This document shows positions 9,355-18,406 of a DNA stretch of 43,236 nucleotides, piece by piece. The position numbers and the translations under genes are program-made. Source of the DNA: Bacillota bacterium (GTDB lineage Bacteria; Bacillota; Clostridia; Peptostreptococcales; Anaerovoracaceae); assembly GCA_017437565.1 (NCBI GenBank), contig JAFRYQ010000060.1:1-43236 (forward strand). Direction: 5' to 3'. The notes below the pieces were generated by a model that saw only the letters and a program-made list of their open reading frames with translations, had not been told where the DNA came from and ran no database searches. Positions within the stretch are counted from its first letter, which is position 1; each line of letters starts with the position of its first letter.

Positions 9355-10404
9355 ATGAAAAGATACACGGTTACGACGACAAGTAAATATGATATCCTGA
9401 TCGCTTCCGGCCTGCTGCGCCAGACAGGCAGCGCTTTACGTGAGGTGTTCGCGCCCTGTCGGGTCTGTCTGATCACGGACAGCAAGGTGAACGGACTTTA
9501 TTCGCAGGTCGTCATGAGCTCCCTGATCGAGAGCGGCTTCCAGCCGTCCAAGATCGTCTTCCCGGCGGGCGAGCATTCCAAGAACCTGACGACCTATGCC
9601 AATATCCTGGAAGCGCTGGCGGAAGAATGTTTAACCAGAAGCGACGTCATCCTCGCCCTCGGCGGCGGCGTGACCATCGACCTGGCCGGCTTTGTCGCGG
9701 GCACCTATATGCGCGGCATCCGCTACGCGGTGATCCCGACGTCCCTGCAGGCCGCCCTGGACACTTCCATCGGCGGCAAAGCAGCGGTCAATCTGCGCAG
9801 CGGCAAGAATCTCGCCGGTGTTTTCTGGCAACCGAGCCTGGTTCTCTGCGATCCCGATCTCCTGTCGACCCTGCCTGCCGCGAACCGGCTCGACGGCATC
9901 GCGGAAGCCGTGAAATGCGCGGCGATCTCCGACGCCGGCCTGCTTCCGCGTATCGCCCGCGGCGATCTGGAATATATGATCGAACGCTGTATTTCCATTA
10001 AAAAATCCCTGGTGGAAGCCGACGAACGCGCCAATAATCTGCGGCAGCTCCTGAACTTCGGCCACACGGTCGGGCACAGCATCGAAAAACTTTCGTCTTA
10101 CTCCGTTACGCACGGGCAGGCCGTGGCCAAGGGCATGATTGCCGAATCCCGCGGCGCTTACCGCACCGGCCTCACTAATACGGATATTTCCGGAGAATTG
10201 GCGGACCTTTTGGAATCCCTCGGCTTTGATACCCGTCTCTCCTCTTTCGACGCGGAAGAGGTCTACCATCTGGCCCTGATGGATAAGAAGATCGCCGGCG
10301 GCAAGATCAATATGATCATTCCGGAATTTCTCGGAAAATGCACATTGCATAAGCTTTCGCTCTCCGAGCTGGAAAGCCTGATCACGGCCGGTCTCCGCGA
10401 CTAA
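9355..10404 (+). CDS. aroB: 3-dehydroquinate synthase
   Basis: ALGGGVTIDLAGFVAGTYMRG, PTSL, GGK..VN...GKN, LLNFGHTVGHSIE, HGQAV motifs; start moved to ATG 9355. Confidence 0.88.
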   Translation: MKRYTVTTTSKYDILIASGLLRQTGSALREVFAPCRVCLITDSKVNGLYSQVVMSSLIESGFQPSKIVFPAGEHSKNLTTYANILEALAEECLTRSDVILALGGGVTIDLAGFVAGTYMRGIRYAVIPTSLQAALDTSIGGKAAVNLRSGKNLAGVFWQPSLVLCDPDLLSTLPAANRLDGIAEAVKCAAISDAGLLPRIARGDLEYMIERCISIKKSLVEADERANNLRQLLNFGHTVGHSIEKLSSYSVTHGQAVAKGMIAESRGAYRTGLTNTDISGELADLLESLGFDTRLSSFDAEEVYHLALMDKKIAGGKINMIIPEFLGKCTLHKLSLSELESLITAGLRD

Positions 10405-10422
10405 AGCCGCGCGTCTTACTCG

Positions 10423-11049
10423 CTATTTATACAGCGCTTCGTACTCGCTCCTCAACATGGAATAGACCTGCGAGTCGCGCAATTCTCCCGTATAGATCTT
10501 ATAGGTGCGGCGGATCGTCCCTTCGTAGACGAAGCCGCATTTTTTAATGACGCTCTGCGAACGCAGGTTGACGCGGCTGGTGCAGATCCCGATCTGGTCG
10601 AGCCCGAGCGTATCAAATCCGTAGGCAATCATCGCTTTCGCCGCTTCGGTCATATAACCTTTTCCCCATTCGGTGGAGACCAGCCAGTAACCCAGTTCCC
10701 GGCTGTTGGCATCCGGCCGGAGCCGGTCCGGTTCCAGCGCGGTGCAGCCGATGATCCGGCCACCTGTCGCCGCCGCTTCCGGCTTGCTGCCCATGGCTTC
10801 CGGCTTGCTGCCCGTGGCTTCCGGCTTGCTGCCCGTGGCTTCCGGCTTCTGGATAATGGACATCGCTCCCGGCGGCAGCAGGATCTCCCGCATCACCCAA
10901 CGGGATTCATCCAGATCCGCATGCGGCTTCCAGCCGGCGTGAACGCCGACGTTGGGGTCGCTGGCAATGGAAAATAAAGCCTGCACGTCCTCTTCCGTAT
11001 CTTCCCACGGCCTTAAGATCAGCCGTTCGGTCTCGATCCGTACTGCCAT
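10423..11049 (-). CDS. GNAT acetyltransferase, RimJ/RimL family
   Basis: ETERLILRPW, ELGYWL...WGKGYMTEA, N..S..VIKKCGF.YEG; RBS AGGAGG. Confidence 0.9.
   Translation of the reverse strand: MAVRIETERLILRPWEDTEEDVQALFSIASDPNVGVHAGWKPHADLDESRWVMREILLPPGAMSIIQKPEATGSKPEATGSKPEAMGSKPEAAATGGRIIGCTALEPDRLRPDANSRELGYWLVSTEWGKGYMTEAAKAMIAYGFDTLGLDQIGICTSRVNLRSQSVIKKCGFVYEGTIRRTYKIYTGELRDSQVYSMLRSEYEALYK
10775..10848. repeat. In-frame 21-bp tandem repeat (~3.5 copies) encoding KPEA(T/M)GS
   Basis: gcttccggcttgctgccc(a/g)tg x3 plus a partial copy. Confidence 0.95.
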
Positions 11050-11144
11050 TTGCTCCTCCTTTTCTGTCTATCCCGGCTCCGTTCCCCCTCCAGATCCAAC
11101 GCGCCTTTTAGCCCGTTCGCGTCGTTCCGACTGTTCCCCGATCC

Positions 11145-11219
11145 GTTCCGTTTTTTCAAAAAATGGGATTTTGCTACCACTTTTAGGTAGCAAAATCGAA
11201 AAATCGAAAAAAACGGAAC
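11145..11219. repeat. Nested intergenic inverted repeat
   Basis: Inner gattttgctacc/ggtagcaaaatc (11167-11178/11186-11197); outer gttccgtttttt/aaaaaacggaac (11145-11156/11208-11219). Confidence 0.8.
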
Positions 11220-11300
11220 ACATTCTCCTTTTTCCTCGCCGGTTTCCGCCCGCTCTGCCGGGTTTCTCCCGGTTGACGGGCCTCTATCCCGGCCGGTCGC

Positions 11301-12161
11301 TTACTCGCCGGCAAAGGCGTCGGTCAGCCTGCCAAAATCTTCCAGCGACAAGGTTTCCGCCCGGCGGACGGGATCGATGCCCGCGGCCTGCAGGGCGGCT
11401 TTGATGGTTTCTTTCCCGAAACCGGCTCCCGTCAGGGAATTCAGCAGCGTCTTACGGCGCTGGGCGAACCCGGCCTTCACGAGGCGGAAGAAAAGGGCCT
11501 CGTCGGCAACTTTTACCGCCGGCTCCTGACGCAGATCGAGCCGCAGCACCGTGGAGTCCACCTTCGGCGCCGGCACGAAAGCCTCCTTTGGCACCTGGAC
11601 GACTTCCCGGACGCGGGCGTAATACTGGCAGGCGACGGAAAGCGCGCCGTAAGTGCGGCCGCCCGGCGGCGCCGTCACGCGATCGGCGACTTCCTTCTGC
11701 ATCATGACCGTGATGCTCTCCGCCGGCACCCGTTTTTCCAGCAGCGCCATGAGGATCGGCGTCGTGATGTAATAGGGCAGATTGCCGATGATCTTGGTGT
11801 GGGCCATCCCGGCATCCGTGATCAAAGCCGCCAGGTCGACTTTCAGGATATCTTCATTCCGGATCTCCACGTTGGGGAAACCGCCGAACAGGTCGTGCAG
11901 GATGGGGATCAAAGCGCGATCCAGCTCCACCGCGCAGACTTTACCGGCCCGCCGGGCCTCTTTCGCCGTCAGAACACCGAGCCCGGGACCGATCTCAACG
12001 ACAAAATCCTCGGGACCGATCTCCGCCGCGTCGATGATCGCGTCGATGACGCTTTCATCCGCCAGGAAATTCTGCCCAAGGCTTTTGGAGTTTTTAAAGC
12101 CATATTTTTTTCGGATATAGTCGATACCCGCTTTGGTGTAGAGAAAACTTAAATCATTCAT
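11301..12161 (-). CDS. rsmA: 16S rRNA adenine dimethyltransferase RsmA/KsgA
   Basis: KSLGQNFL, EIGPGLGVLT, GNLPYYITTP, MMQKEVADR, P.PKVDS. Confidence 0.97.
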   Translation of the reverse strand: MNDLSFLYTKAGIDYIRKKYGFKNSKSLGQNFLADESVIDAIIDAAEIGPEDFVVEIGPGLGVLTAKEARRAGKVCAVELDRALIPILHDLFGGFPNVEIRNEDILKVDLAALITDAGMAHTKIIGNLPYYITTPILMALLEKRVPAESITVMMQKEVADRVTAPPGGRTYGALSVACQYYARVREVVQVPKEAFVPAPKVDSTVLRLDLRQEPAVKVADEALFFRLVKAGFAQRRKTLLNSLTGAGFGKETIKAALQAAGIDPVRRAETLSLEDFGRLTDAFAGE

Positions 12162-12167
12162 ATTTCG

Positions 12168-12797
12168 TCACGCCTTCAGCGCTTCTTCCAGTTCTTCCCG
12201 GGTGATGCCGAGCGCGTTCAGCCGTTTCAGGAAGGTTTTCGCGTTCCCGTAACCGATGCCGAGCCGCTTGCCGAGCGCTTCCCGGCGTTCCGCCGCGCCG
12301 TCCTCACCGGCCAGGCCCAGCCGCAGCAGGTCCTCCCTGGTAAAACCGGCCGGCAGCCGGACTGCCGCGGCGGACTCATTTCCCGTAGCTCCTGCGGGTG
12401 ACGCAGTTGCTGTCGCTCCCGCGCTCCCCGCGGAGGCCGGGCCGATTACCGTGCTCACCCGTTGCAAAGCCCGGCGGATATCCGCCGGCGCCGCGTTTTC
12501 GATGCCGATGTCGCCGGCCTTTTCCGCTTCGCTTTCCGTCAGATAGGCGTGTTTAGCCTGCGGAAAGTGTTCCTTCAACGCGCGGCGGATCATGCGGCCA
12601 GCGTGATCCGGATCGGTAAAGATGATCAGACCGGTGCACCGGTAGGCGGCTTCGAGCCTTTCCCAGGTGTCCCGCGCGATGCCGTAGCCGTGGGTCTCGA
12701 TGGTGATCGCTTCGACCGCCCTTAAGATCGCGGCGGTATCATCCCGGCCTTCCACGACGATCACCTCCGCGATGCGGGGCTTCGCAGATTCCGCCAT
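12168..12797 (-). CDS. rnmV: Ribonuclease M5
   Basis: Toprim IVVEGRDD, IIFTDPDHAG, IGIENA; C-term LGIGYGNAK; adjacent to rsmA. Confidence 0.95.
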   Translation of the reverse strand: MAESAKPRIAEVIVVEGRDDTAAILRAVEAITIETHGYGIARDTWERLEAAYRCTGLIIFTDPDHAGRMIRRALKEHFPQAKHAYLTESEAEKAGDIGIENAAPADIRRALQRVSTVIGPASAGSAGATATASPAGATGNESAAAVRLPAGFTREDLLRLGLAGEDGAAERREALGKRLGIGYGNAKTFLKRLNALGITREELEEALKA

Positions 12798-12799
12798 CG

Positions 12800-13468
12800 C
12801 TATTCGCCTCCGCCTTCGTCAGCCTCGCCGGAAGAGGCTTCCGCCGATTCGTCATAGCTATCGCCGCCCGATTCCTCGTAAGTCTCTTCCATCGGTTCTT
12901 CATAGGATTCCGGTTCCTCATAAGGTTCTTCCACCGGCTCTTCATAGGTCTCTGGCTCGGGTTCCCAGGCCGGTTCCTCGTAGGTTTCCTCTTCGGAAGT
13001 TTCTCCTTCCGCGGACTCCCCTTCCGAACTCTCCGCGCTCTCGTTGCTTTCTTCTTCGGTGCTTTCGGTGTTCCAGGGGTCCTCCCAGGTCTCGGCCTCG
13101 CCGCTTTCTCCTTCGCCCCCGGACTCCGTCACATCATAGGTTTCACCGGAATTCTGGTCGATGATGATGGGTTTCCCCTCTTCATTCAGCACGAAGAGCA
13201 CCTCGCCGGGCTTGATCATCTTCAGCTGCTTGCGGGCCTGTTCTTCGATATAGTCGAGATCGTTGACGTTCTTCAGTTCGGCTTCCAGGTCTTCCTTCTG
13301 CGCTTCCAGCTTCTCGTTCTCGGCTTTCAGTTCGGCGCGCTCCTGATGCAGGTCGGCGATATTATTGATCGACATGCCGCAGACGCCGATCAGCGCCGCG
13401 ATAACGACGAAGATCGCTACCTTGGTCAGATCGATTCCTTTTTTCCCCTTTTGTTTCTTCTCTGCCAT
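12800..13468 (-). CDS. Septum formation initiator (FtsB/DivIC family) with long acidic tail
   Basis: Basic N-term, one TM helix, coiled coil, YIEEQARKQLKMIKPGE motif. Confidence 0.85.
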   Translation of the reverse strand: MAEKKQKGKKGIDLTKVAIFVVIAALIGVCGMSINNIADLHQERAELKAENEKLEAQKEDLEAELKNVNDLDYIEEQARKQLKMIKPGEVLFVLNEEGKPIIIDQNSGETYDVTESGGEGESGEAETWEDPWNTESTEEESNESAESSEGESAEGETSEEETYEEPAWEPEPETYEEPVEEPYEEPESYEEPMEETYEESGGDSYDESAEASSGEADEGGGE

Positions 13469-14712
13469 TCCTCTGCCTCTAACATCCTCTCATTGATGCA
13501 TTTGCATCGTTCCCCCATGTCGGTAACGCCCGTATCGCCGCACAGCGGACAGAGATAACGGACATCCGTATAATCCATATCGTAATCGTTCTCGGTCAAA
13601 AGGATCGCGCGGTCTTCCGCCAGCTGCTCCATTTCTTCGTTCAGCTTGCGGCCGTCGCCCTCATCCCCCATGATGAGCGCGCGGGAGAGCAGCGATCCCA
13701 GTTCTTTGGTGCGGCGGTCGATCTTCTCGATCTCGGGAATACGCCGGTAGACCTCCGCGCGCCGCTGTTCGGCTTCTTTTTCCGCCTTGCCGCGCAGATA
13801 GTCGTAATAGCGGTTCAGCGTCGCCGCCGAGACCGGACGGCGTTCGTTCACGTCGCGTTTGGCTTTTTCCGCTTCGCCCTTCCAGCCTTCCAGAACACTG
13901 TTCACGTATTTGATATTCGGATTGGCGATGCCGGCCGTCTTGGCGCAGGCTTCCAGCACCTTATCCATATTGAAGCCCATCTGGTCAAACCAGGCGTCCA
14001 TCATCTCGCGTTCCGCTTCCGTCGGCGCGCGCGAGAAACCGAGCGCGCGCATCACGCGCTGGCTGCGCCCGTACTTCTGGTCGTTATCCCGCAGGTGCTG
14101 CCGGACGGCTTCCGGAGTCTTCAGGCCCTGATCGGCCCAGCCTTCTACCACCCGCGCGATATAGCGGAAATTCTTCTTATCGCGCTCCAGGCTGTAGGAA
14201 ACGGCCTGCCGGATCACCTCCAGGGGCATGCTTTGATCCTGGAGCCACCCGAGCACGGTTTCCATCTCGGTGCGGCTTAAGGTGTGGCCCAGCTTCAGTT
14301 CCAGGTCTCTCATGAAAGTCTGGATCGCCGGGTCGCCGAAAACGTCGACGGCCGGCGCCGCTTCCGGCGTTTCTTCCGGCACGTCCAGCCCGTCGCCATA
14401 GAGCTGCTCGCGCACGCTCAGGAACTCCACCGTATAATCAAAGCGGCCGTTACTGTCCTGATAGTGTTTGCGTACGGCGCCGCATTCTTCCCAGTAATTC
14501 CAGGCTTCCGCCAGGCGGTCGACCGTTAGGCCCAGGTGCTCCGCCAAGGCCTGGTCGGAAATGGCGTGGCCGGTTTCGGCGTGCAGGAGCGCGGTCAGAT
14601 AGACCTTCACGAAGTCGCCCGGCGCGGCTGGCATCAGCTCATTCAGGAAGATGTTCTCCACGCTGGTCGCGCCCAGATAGATATCCTTGATCCTCTGTTT
14701 TACGTAATTCAT
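13426..14712 (-). CDS. DnaD/DnaB_2-domain replication protein with C-terminal helical and 4-Cys (DnaI/DnaC N-terminal-like) extension
   Basis: N-term VENIFLNELMP.APGDFVKVYL; two DnaB_2 repeats (NFRYIARVVEGW, NIKYVNSVLEGW); C-term CPLCGDTG-x7-CKC. Confidence 0.85.
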   Translation of the reverse strand: MNYVKQRIKDIYLGATSVENIFLNELMPAAPGDFVKVYLTALLHAETGHAISDQALAEHLGLTVDRLAEAWNYWEECGAVRKHYQDSNGRFDYTVEFLSVREQLYGDGLDVPEETPEAAPAVDVFGDPAIQTFMRDLELKLGHTLSRTEMETVLGWLQDQSMPLEVIRQAVSYSLERDKKNFRYIARVVEGWADQGLKTPEAVRQHLRDNDQKYGRSQRVMRALGFSRAPTEAEREMMDAWFDQMGFNMDKVLEACAKTAGIANPNIKYVNSVLEGWKGEAEKAKRDVNERRPVSAATLNRYYDYLRGKAEKEAEQRRAEVYRRIPEIEKIDRRTKELGSLLSRALIMGDEGDGRKLNEEMEQLAEDRAILLTENDYDMDYTDVRYLCPLCGDTGVTDMGERCKCINERMLEAEEWQRRNKRGKKESI

Positions 14713-16025
14713 CAGAATTCATCCTGTGTCAAATCGGTGAATTTGGTATAGCGTTCCACCCAGGCCAGCTTAAAGCGGCCGGTGCCGCCGTTCCGGTGTT
14801 TCGCCAGATCGAGGTCGCAGACGTTGCGGGTCTCGCTCTCCTGGTCGTTGCTCTCCCGGGAAAGGAACATGACGATATCCGCGTCCTGTTCGATCGCGCC
14901 GGAATCGCGCAGGTCGGAAAGGCGCGGGTGCTTATCCTCACGCTGTTCGACGCTGCGGGAAAGCTGGGAGAGCGCGATGACCGGGCAGTCCATCTCGCGG
15001 GCGAGCAGCTTCATCTGGCGGGAGATCTTGCTGATCTCCTGCTGCCGGTTCTCCGCTTCCGTGCTCATCAGCTGCAGATAGTCGATGATGATGAGGTCAA
15101 GCCCGTGTTCCGCCCGCATGCGGCGGCATTTATTTTTCATCTCCAGCATGGTGATGCCGGGCGTATCGTCGATGACGATATTGGTGCGCGAGAGCACGTC
15201 CGTCGCCAGATTGATCCGCTGCCAGTCGTTCCGTTCGATCTGGCCGTTGCGGATGCGGTTCAGCTCCACCGCCGATTCCATGGAAAGGAGCCGCTGCCCG
15301 AGCTGCTCGCGCGACATCTCCAGGTTGAAGAAGAGGATGCTGGCGTTGGCCTGCTTGGCGGCGTTCAAAGCCATGGTGAGGGCGAGCGAGCTTTTGCCCA
15401 CGCCCGGCCGGGCGGCAATGATGATCAGGTCAGATTTATGCAGGCCGCCGGTCGTCTTATCCAGCTCCTTAAATCCGGTCGGTACGCCCACGGCGCCGCC
15501 GGACTTGATCGCCTGGTCGATCATCTCCAGATTGGCGAGCATGATGTCCTTAATATGCGAATAGTCGCGGGTCTGGCGCTGCTGGGCGATCTCGAAAATG
15601 CTCTTCTCCGCCGTATCGAGGATGATCTCGGTATCGGTCCCTTCGGCGAAGCTTTGTTCGCGGATCTCGTCCGCGGCGGCGATGAGCCGGCGCAGTACGG
15701 CCTTTTCGGCGACGATCTTCGCGTAGCCCGCGGCATTGGCCGCGGAGGGGACGCCCGCCGGCAGGGAGGCCACGTAAACGCGGCCGCCGGCGATCTCCAG
15801 CGTGCCGCGGCGCGTCAGTTCTTCGCAGACGGTGACGATGTCGACCGCGATGCTGCGGCGGAACAGCTCCACGATCGCTTCGTAGATCTCTTTATGCGCC
15901 GGATCATAAAAATCCTGCGGTTTCACGATATCGATGATATCCGCGAGCGCGTCTTTATTCAGCATCGCCGCGCCGAGCGTCGTCTGCTCGGCATCGCGGT
16001 TATGCGGAGGAATTCGTTCTGCCAT
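14712..16025 (-). CDS. dnaB: Replicative DNA helicase
   Basis: IPPHNRDAEQ, AARPGVGKS, IIIDYLQLM, LSQLSR, DLRDSGAIEQDAD, KHRNG. Confidence 0.97.
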   Translation of the reverse strand: MAERIPPHNRDAEQTTLGAAMLNKDALADIIDIVKPQDFYDPAHKEIYEAIVELFRRSIAVDIVTVCEELTRRGTLEIAGGRVYVASLPAGVPSAANAAGYAKIVAEKAVLRRLIAAADEIREQSFAEGTDTEIILDTAEKSIFEIAQQRQTRDYSHIKDIMLANLEMIDQAIKSGGAVGVPTGFKELDKTTGGLHKSDLIIIAARPGVGKSSLALTMALNAAKQANASILFFNLEMSREQLGQRLLSMESAVELNRIRNGQIERNDWQRINLATDVLSRTNIVIDDTPGITMLEMKNKCRRMRAEHGLDLIIIDYLQLMSTEAENRQQEISKISRQMKLLAREMDCPVIALSQLSRSVEQREDKHPRLSDLRDSGAIEQDADIVMFLSRESNDQESETRNVCDLDLAKHRNGGTGRFKLAWVERYTKFTDLTQDEF

Positions 16026-16100
16026 ATTTTACCACTCCTTGACCGGTGCCTGGCGCCGGTCCCGCCGGCCTGCTCTTCGCGCCGGCGCTTCTATCCGGGA

Positions 16101-16544
16101 TCAGTTGGTCAGCTCCACCTTCAGGACGCCTTTGATCTCCTGGAAAAGTTTGATCGTGACGTCATAGGTCCCCAGCTGTTTCAGCGGTCCTTCCAGGTCG
16201 ATCCGCTTCTTGTCGACCTTCATGCCGAGTTGCTTCTCGATGGCGTCGGCGATGTCCTTGGAGGTGATGGAACCGAAGAGGCGGCCGCCTTCGCCGGCTT
16301 TGGTCTTGATGACGACCTTCTTGGACTTCAGCTCCGCTGCCGTCTTTTCCGCGTGTGCCTTCTGGTCGGCCAGCTTTTTCTGCTGCAGTTCTTTCTGTTT
16401 CTCCAGGCTGTGGATATTGCCCTTCGTCGCTTCGATGGCCAGGCCCCGCGGTACCAGCATATTGCGGGCGAACCCGTCGCTCACTTCCACGATGTCCCCG
16501 GCTTTCCCCGTCCCCTGGACGTCCTTCTTCAAGATTACAATCAT
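16101..16544 (-). CDS. rplI: 50S ribosomal protein L9
   Basis: MIVILKKDVQGTGKAGDIVEVSDGFARN, GRLFGSIT. Confidence 0.98.
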   Translation of the reverse strand: MIVILKKDVQGTGKAGDIVEVSDGFARNMLVPRGLAIEATKGNIHSLEKQKELQQKKLADQKAHAEKTAAELKSKKVVIKTKAGEGGRLFGSITSKDIADAIEKQLGMKVDKKRIDLEGPLKQLGTYDVTIKLFQEIKGVLKVELTN

Positions 16545-18310
16545 GCCTCATTCTCCTTTTCTATGATTTCCAGGATCCGCTCCTGCGCTTCGCGCGGCGC
16601 GATCTCCACCTGGGCGCCAGCCGTGTTGAGATGGCCGCCCCCGCCGAGTTTTTCCAAGATTACCTGGACGTTGACCTGTCCCAGGGACCGCGCGCTGATG
16701 CAGGTAATTCCCTTTTCGTTTTTCCCGATGACGAAACTCGCCCTCACTCCCTTTACGTTTAACAGTTCGTCCGCCACCTGGGCGTTGATGATCTGCGCGT
16801 TCTCCGCGCATTCGTCGCTCACCGAGAAGACCAGGCCGTCCGGCCGGAATTCCGCCGCTGCCAGCGCCCGCGAGCGGATGGCAAAGGTCCTGCCGCCGAA
16901 CTGGAAGTACTTCTTCACGTCGGTGGTATCGGCGCCGGCCCGCCTAAGCCAGGCCGCTGCCTCAAAGGTCCGCACGCCGGTCTTCACGGCGAACCGGTTG
17001 GTATCCAGCGTAATGCCGGCCAGCAAAGCGTCCGCTTCCAGCTTGGCCAGCTGCCGGCGGTCGATCGTATACTGCAACATTTCCGTGACCAGCTCCGACG
17101 CGGAAGACGCGTAGGTCTCGATATAGGAGAGGGTCGGATTCTCGATAAAATCCTCCCCGCGCCGGTGATGGTCGATCACCACCACCCGCTGTGCCAGCTC
17201 CGGCAGTTCCGGCGCCTCCAGATAGCCCGGCCGGCTCGTATCCACGACGACGAGCAAGGTCTCGTGGCGCAGCAATTCCTTCGCTTTTGCTGCCGAGATG
17301 ATGTTATAGGTCTGCGCGTTGCGGATCGTCTCGTAGATGAGCTGCATCGATTCGTTCACCTCATCCAGCACGATGTGGCATTCCGTTCCCGCTGTCATAC
17401 AGAGGCGGGCGACGCCGAGCGCCGCGCCGATGGCATCCATATCCGCGTTGCGGTGGCCTATGATGAAGACCCGGTCGCTTTGTTCGATCAGCTTGCGCAG
17501 CGCCAGGCCGACGATGCGCGATTTCCCCTTGCTGCCGCTGCCGACCGCCTGCACCTTGCCGCCGTAATACTCGATCTCGCTGCCGTCGCGGATCACCGCC
17601 TGGTCGCCGCCCCGGCTCAGGGCCAGGTCCAGCGCCGCCATGGAGAATTCAGCGGTCTCGCTGACGTCGCTGCCGTTGACCCCGACCCCGATGGAGAGGC
17701 TTAAGGGGAAATCGGCGCCGGTCTCGATGGCGCGGACCTCGTCCAGGATGGCAAAGCGGTTCTTTCGCAACTCTTCCAGGCGGTTGCCCTGGAAGTAAAC
17801 GATATAGAGCGTGTCGCGGATATTGTCGATGGTCCCCGCCAGCTCGTTCGTCAGCCCGCGGATCAGGTTGTCCACGGTCAATTTCACCAGAGTGACCGTT
17901 TCCGGCGGCACCGCGGCGGTGAATTCGTCATAATTATCGATGTTGATGCGCATGACGCAGAGCTTCTCGTCGTCATAACGCTGTTTCAGGTCTTCATATC
18001 CGGTCACGTCGTCGAAATAGACGATGAGTTCCTCTTCTTCATCTTCTTCCCAGGCCGGCCGCCGGCTCACCACGATGCTGAACTTGCGTCCGTTCCGTTC
18101 AATGATGATGCTGCCGTTATTCTCCGGGGTCAGGGCGCTGACCTTCACCCCGGTAAGCTGGAAAAAATCAGCCTCTTCGATGTTGCTGTACAGAAATACC
18201 TGGTCGATCTTGCTGTTAGCGCTCAGGATCTTCCCCTTGCTGTTTACGACACAGACCGGGAGGGGGAGCTCGTCCGCCGTGATCTTCCGGATCATATCTT
18301 CGTTCATCAA
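16541..18310 (-). CDS. gdpP: GdpP-like c-di-AMP phosphodiesterase (PAS-like, degenerate GGDEF, DHH/DHHA1)
   Basis: GHRNADMDAIG, IDHHRR, DT..F...TG.RTFEAA, GGGGH; directly upstream of rplI. Start TTG 18310 or ATG 18307. Confidence 0.9.
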   Translation of the reverse strand: MMNEDMIRKITADELPLPVCVVNSKGKILSANSKIDQVFLYSNIEEADFFQLTGVKVSALTPENNGSIIIERNGRKFSIVVSRRPAWEEDEEEELIVYFDDVTGYEDLKQRYDDEKLCVMRINIDNYDEFTAAVPPETVTLVKLTVDNLIRGLTNELAGTIDNIRDTLYIVYFQGNRLEELRKNRFAILDEVRAIETGADFPLSLSIGVGVNGSDVSETAEFSMAALDLALSRGGDQAVIRDGSEIEYYGGKVQAVGSGSKGKSRIVGLALRKLIEQSDRVFIIGHRNADMDAIGAALGVARLCMTAGTECHIVLDEVNESMQLIYETIRNAQTYNIISAAKAKELLRHETLLVVVDTSRPGYLEAPELPELAQRVVVIDHHRRGEDFIENPTLSYIETYASSASELVTEMLQYTIDRRQLAKLEADALLAGITLDTNRFAVKTGVRTFEAAAWLRRAGADTTDVKKYFQFGGRTFAIRSRALAAAEFRPDGLVFSVSDECAENAQIINAQVADELLNVKGVRASFVIGKNEKGITCISARSLGQVNVQVILEKLGGGGHLNTAGAQVEIAPREAQERILEIIEKENEA

Positions 18311-18397
18311 AGCAAATCAATCCTTTCCGTTTTATTGCCTTATCCGACAAGCCGGCATCCTTCTGCCTGCGCGTGGGGATGGTCTACGGGATTTTAT

Positions 18398-18406
18398 ATT
18401 ATACCA
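18398..18406 (-). promoter_or_regulatory. Extended -10 promoter for gdpP-rplI-dnaB
   Basis: TGGTATAAT ~90 nt upstream of gdpP; no clear -35. Confidence 0.55.

Noticed and set aside
14796-17114. 772-aa plus-strand ORF
   Set aside because: Antisense shadow of dnaB, rplI and gdpP.
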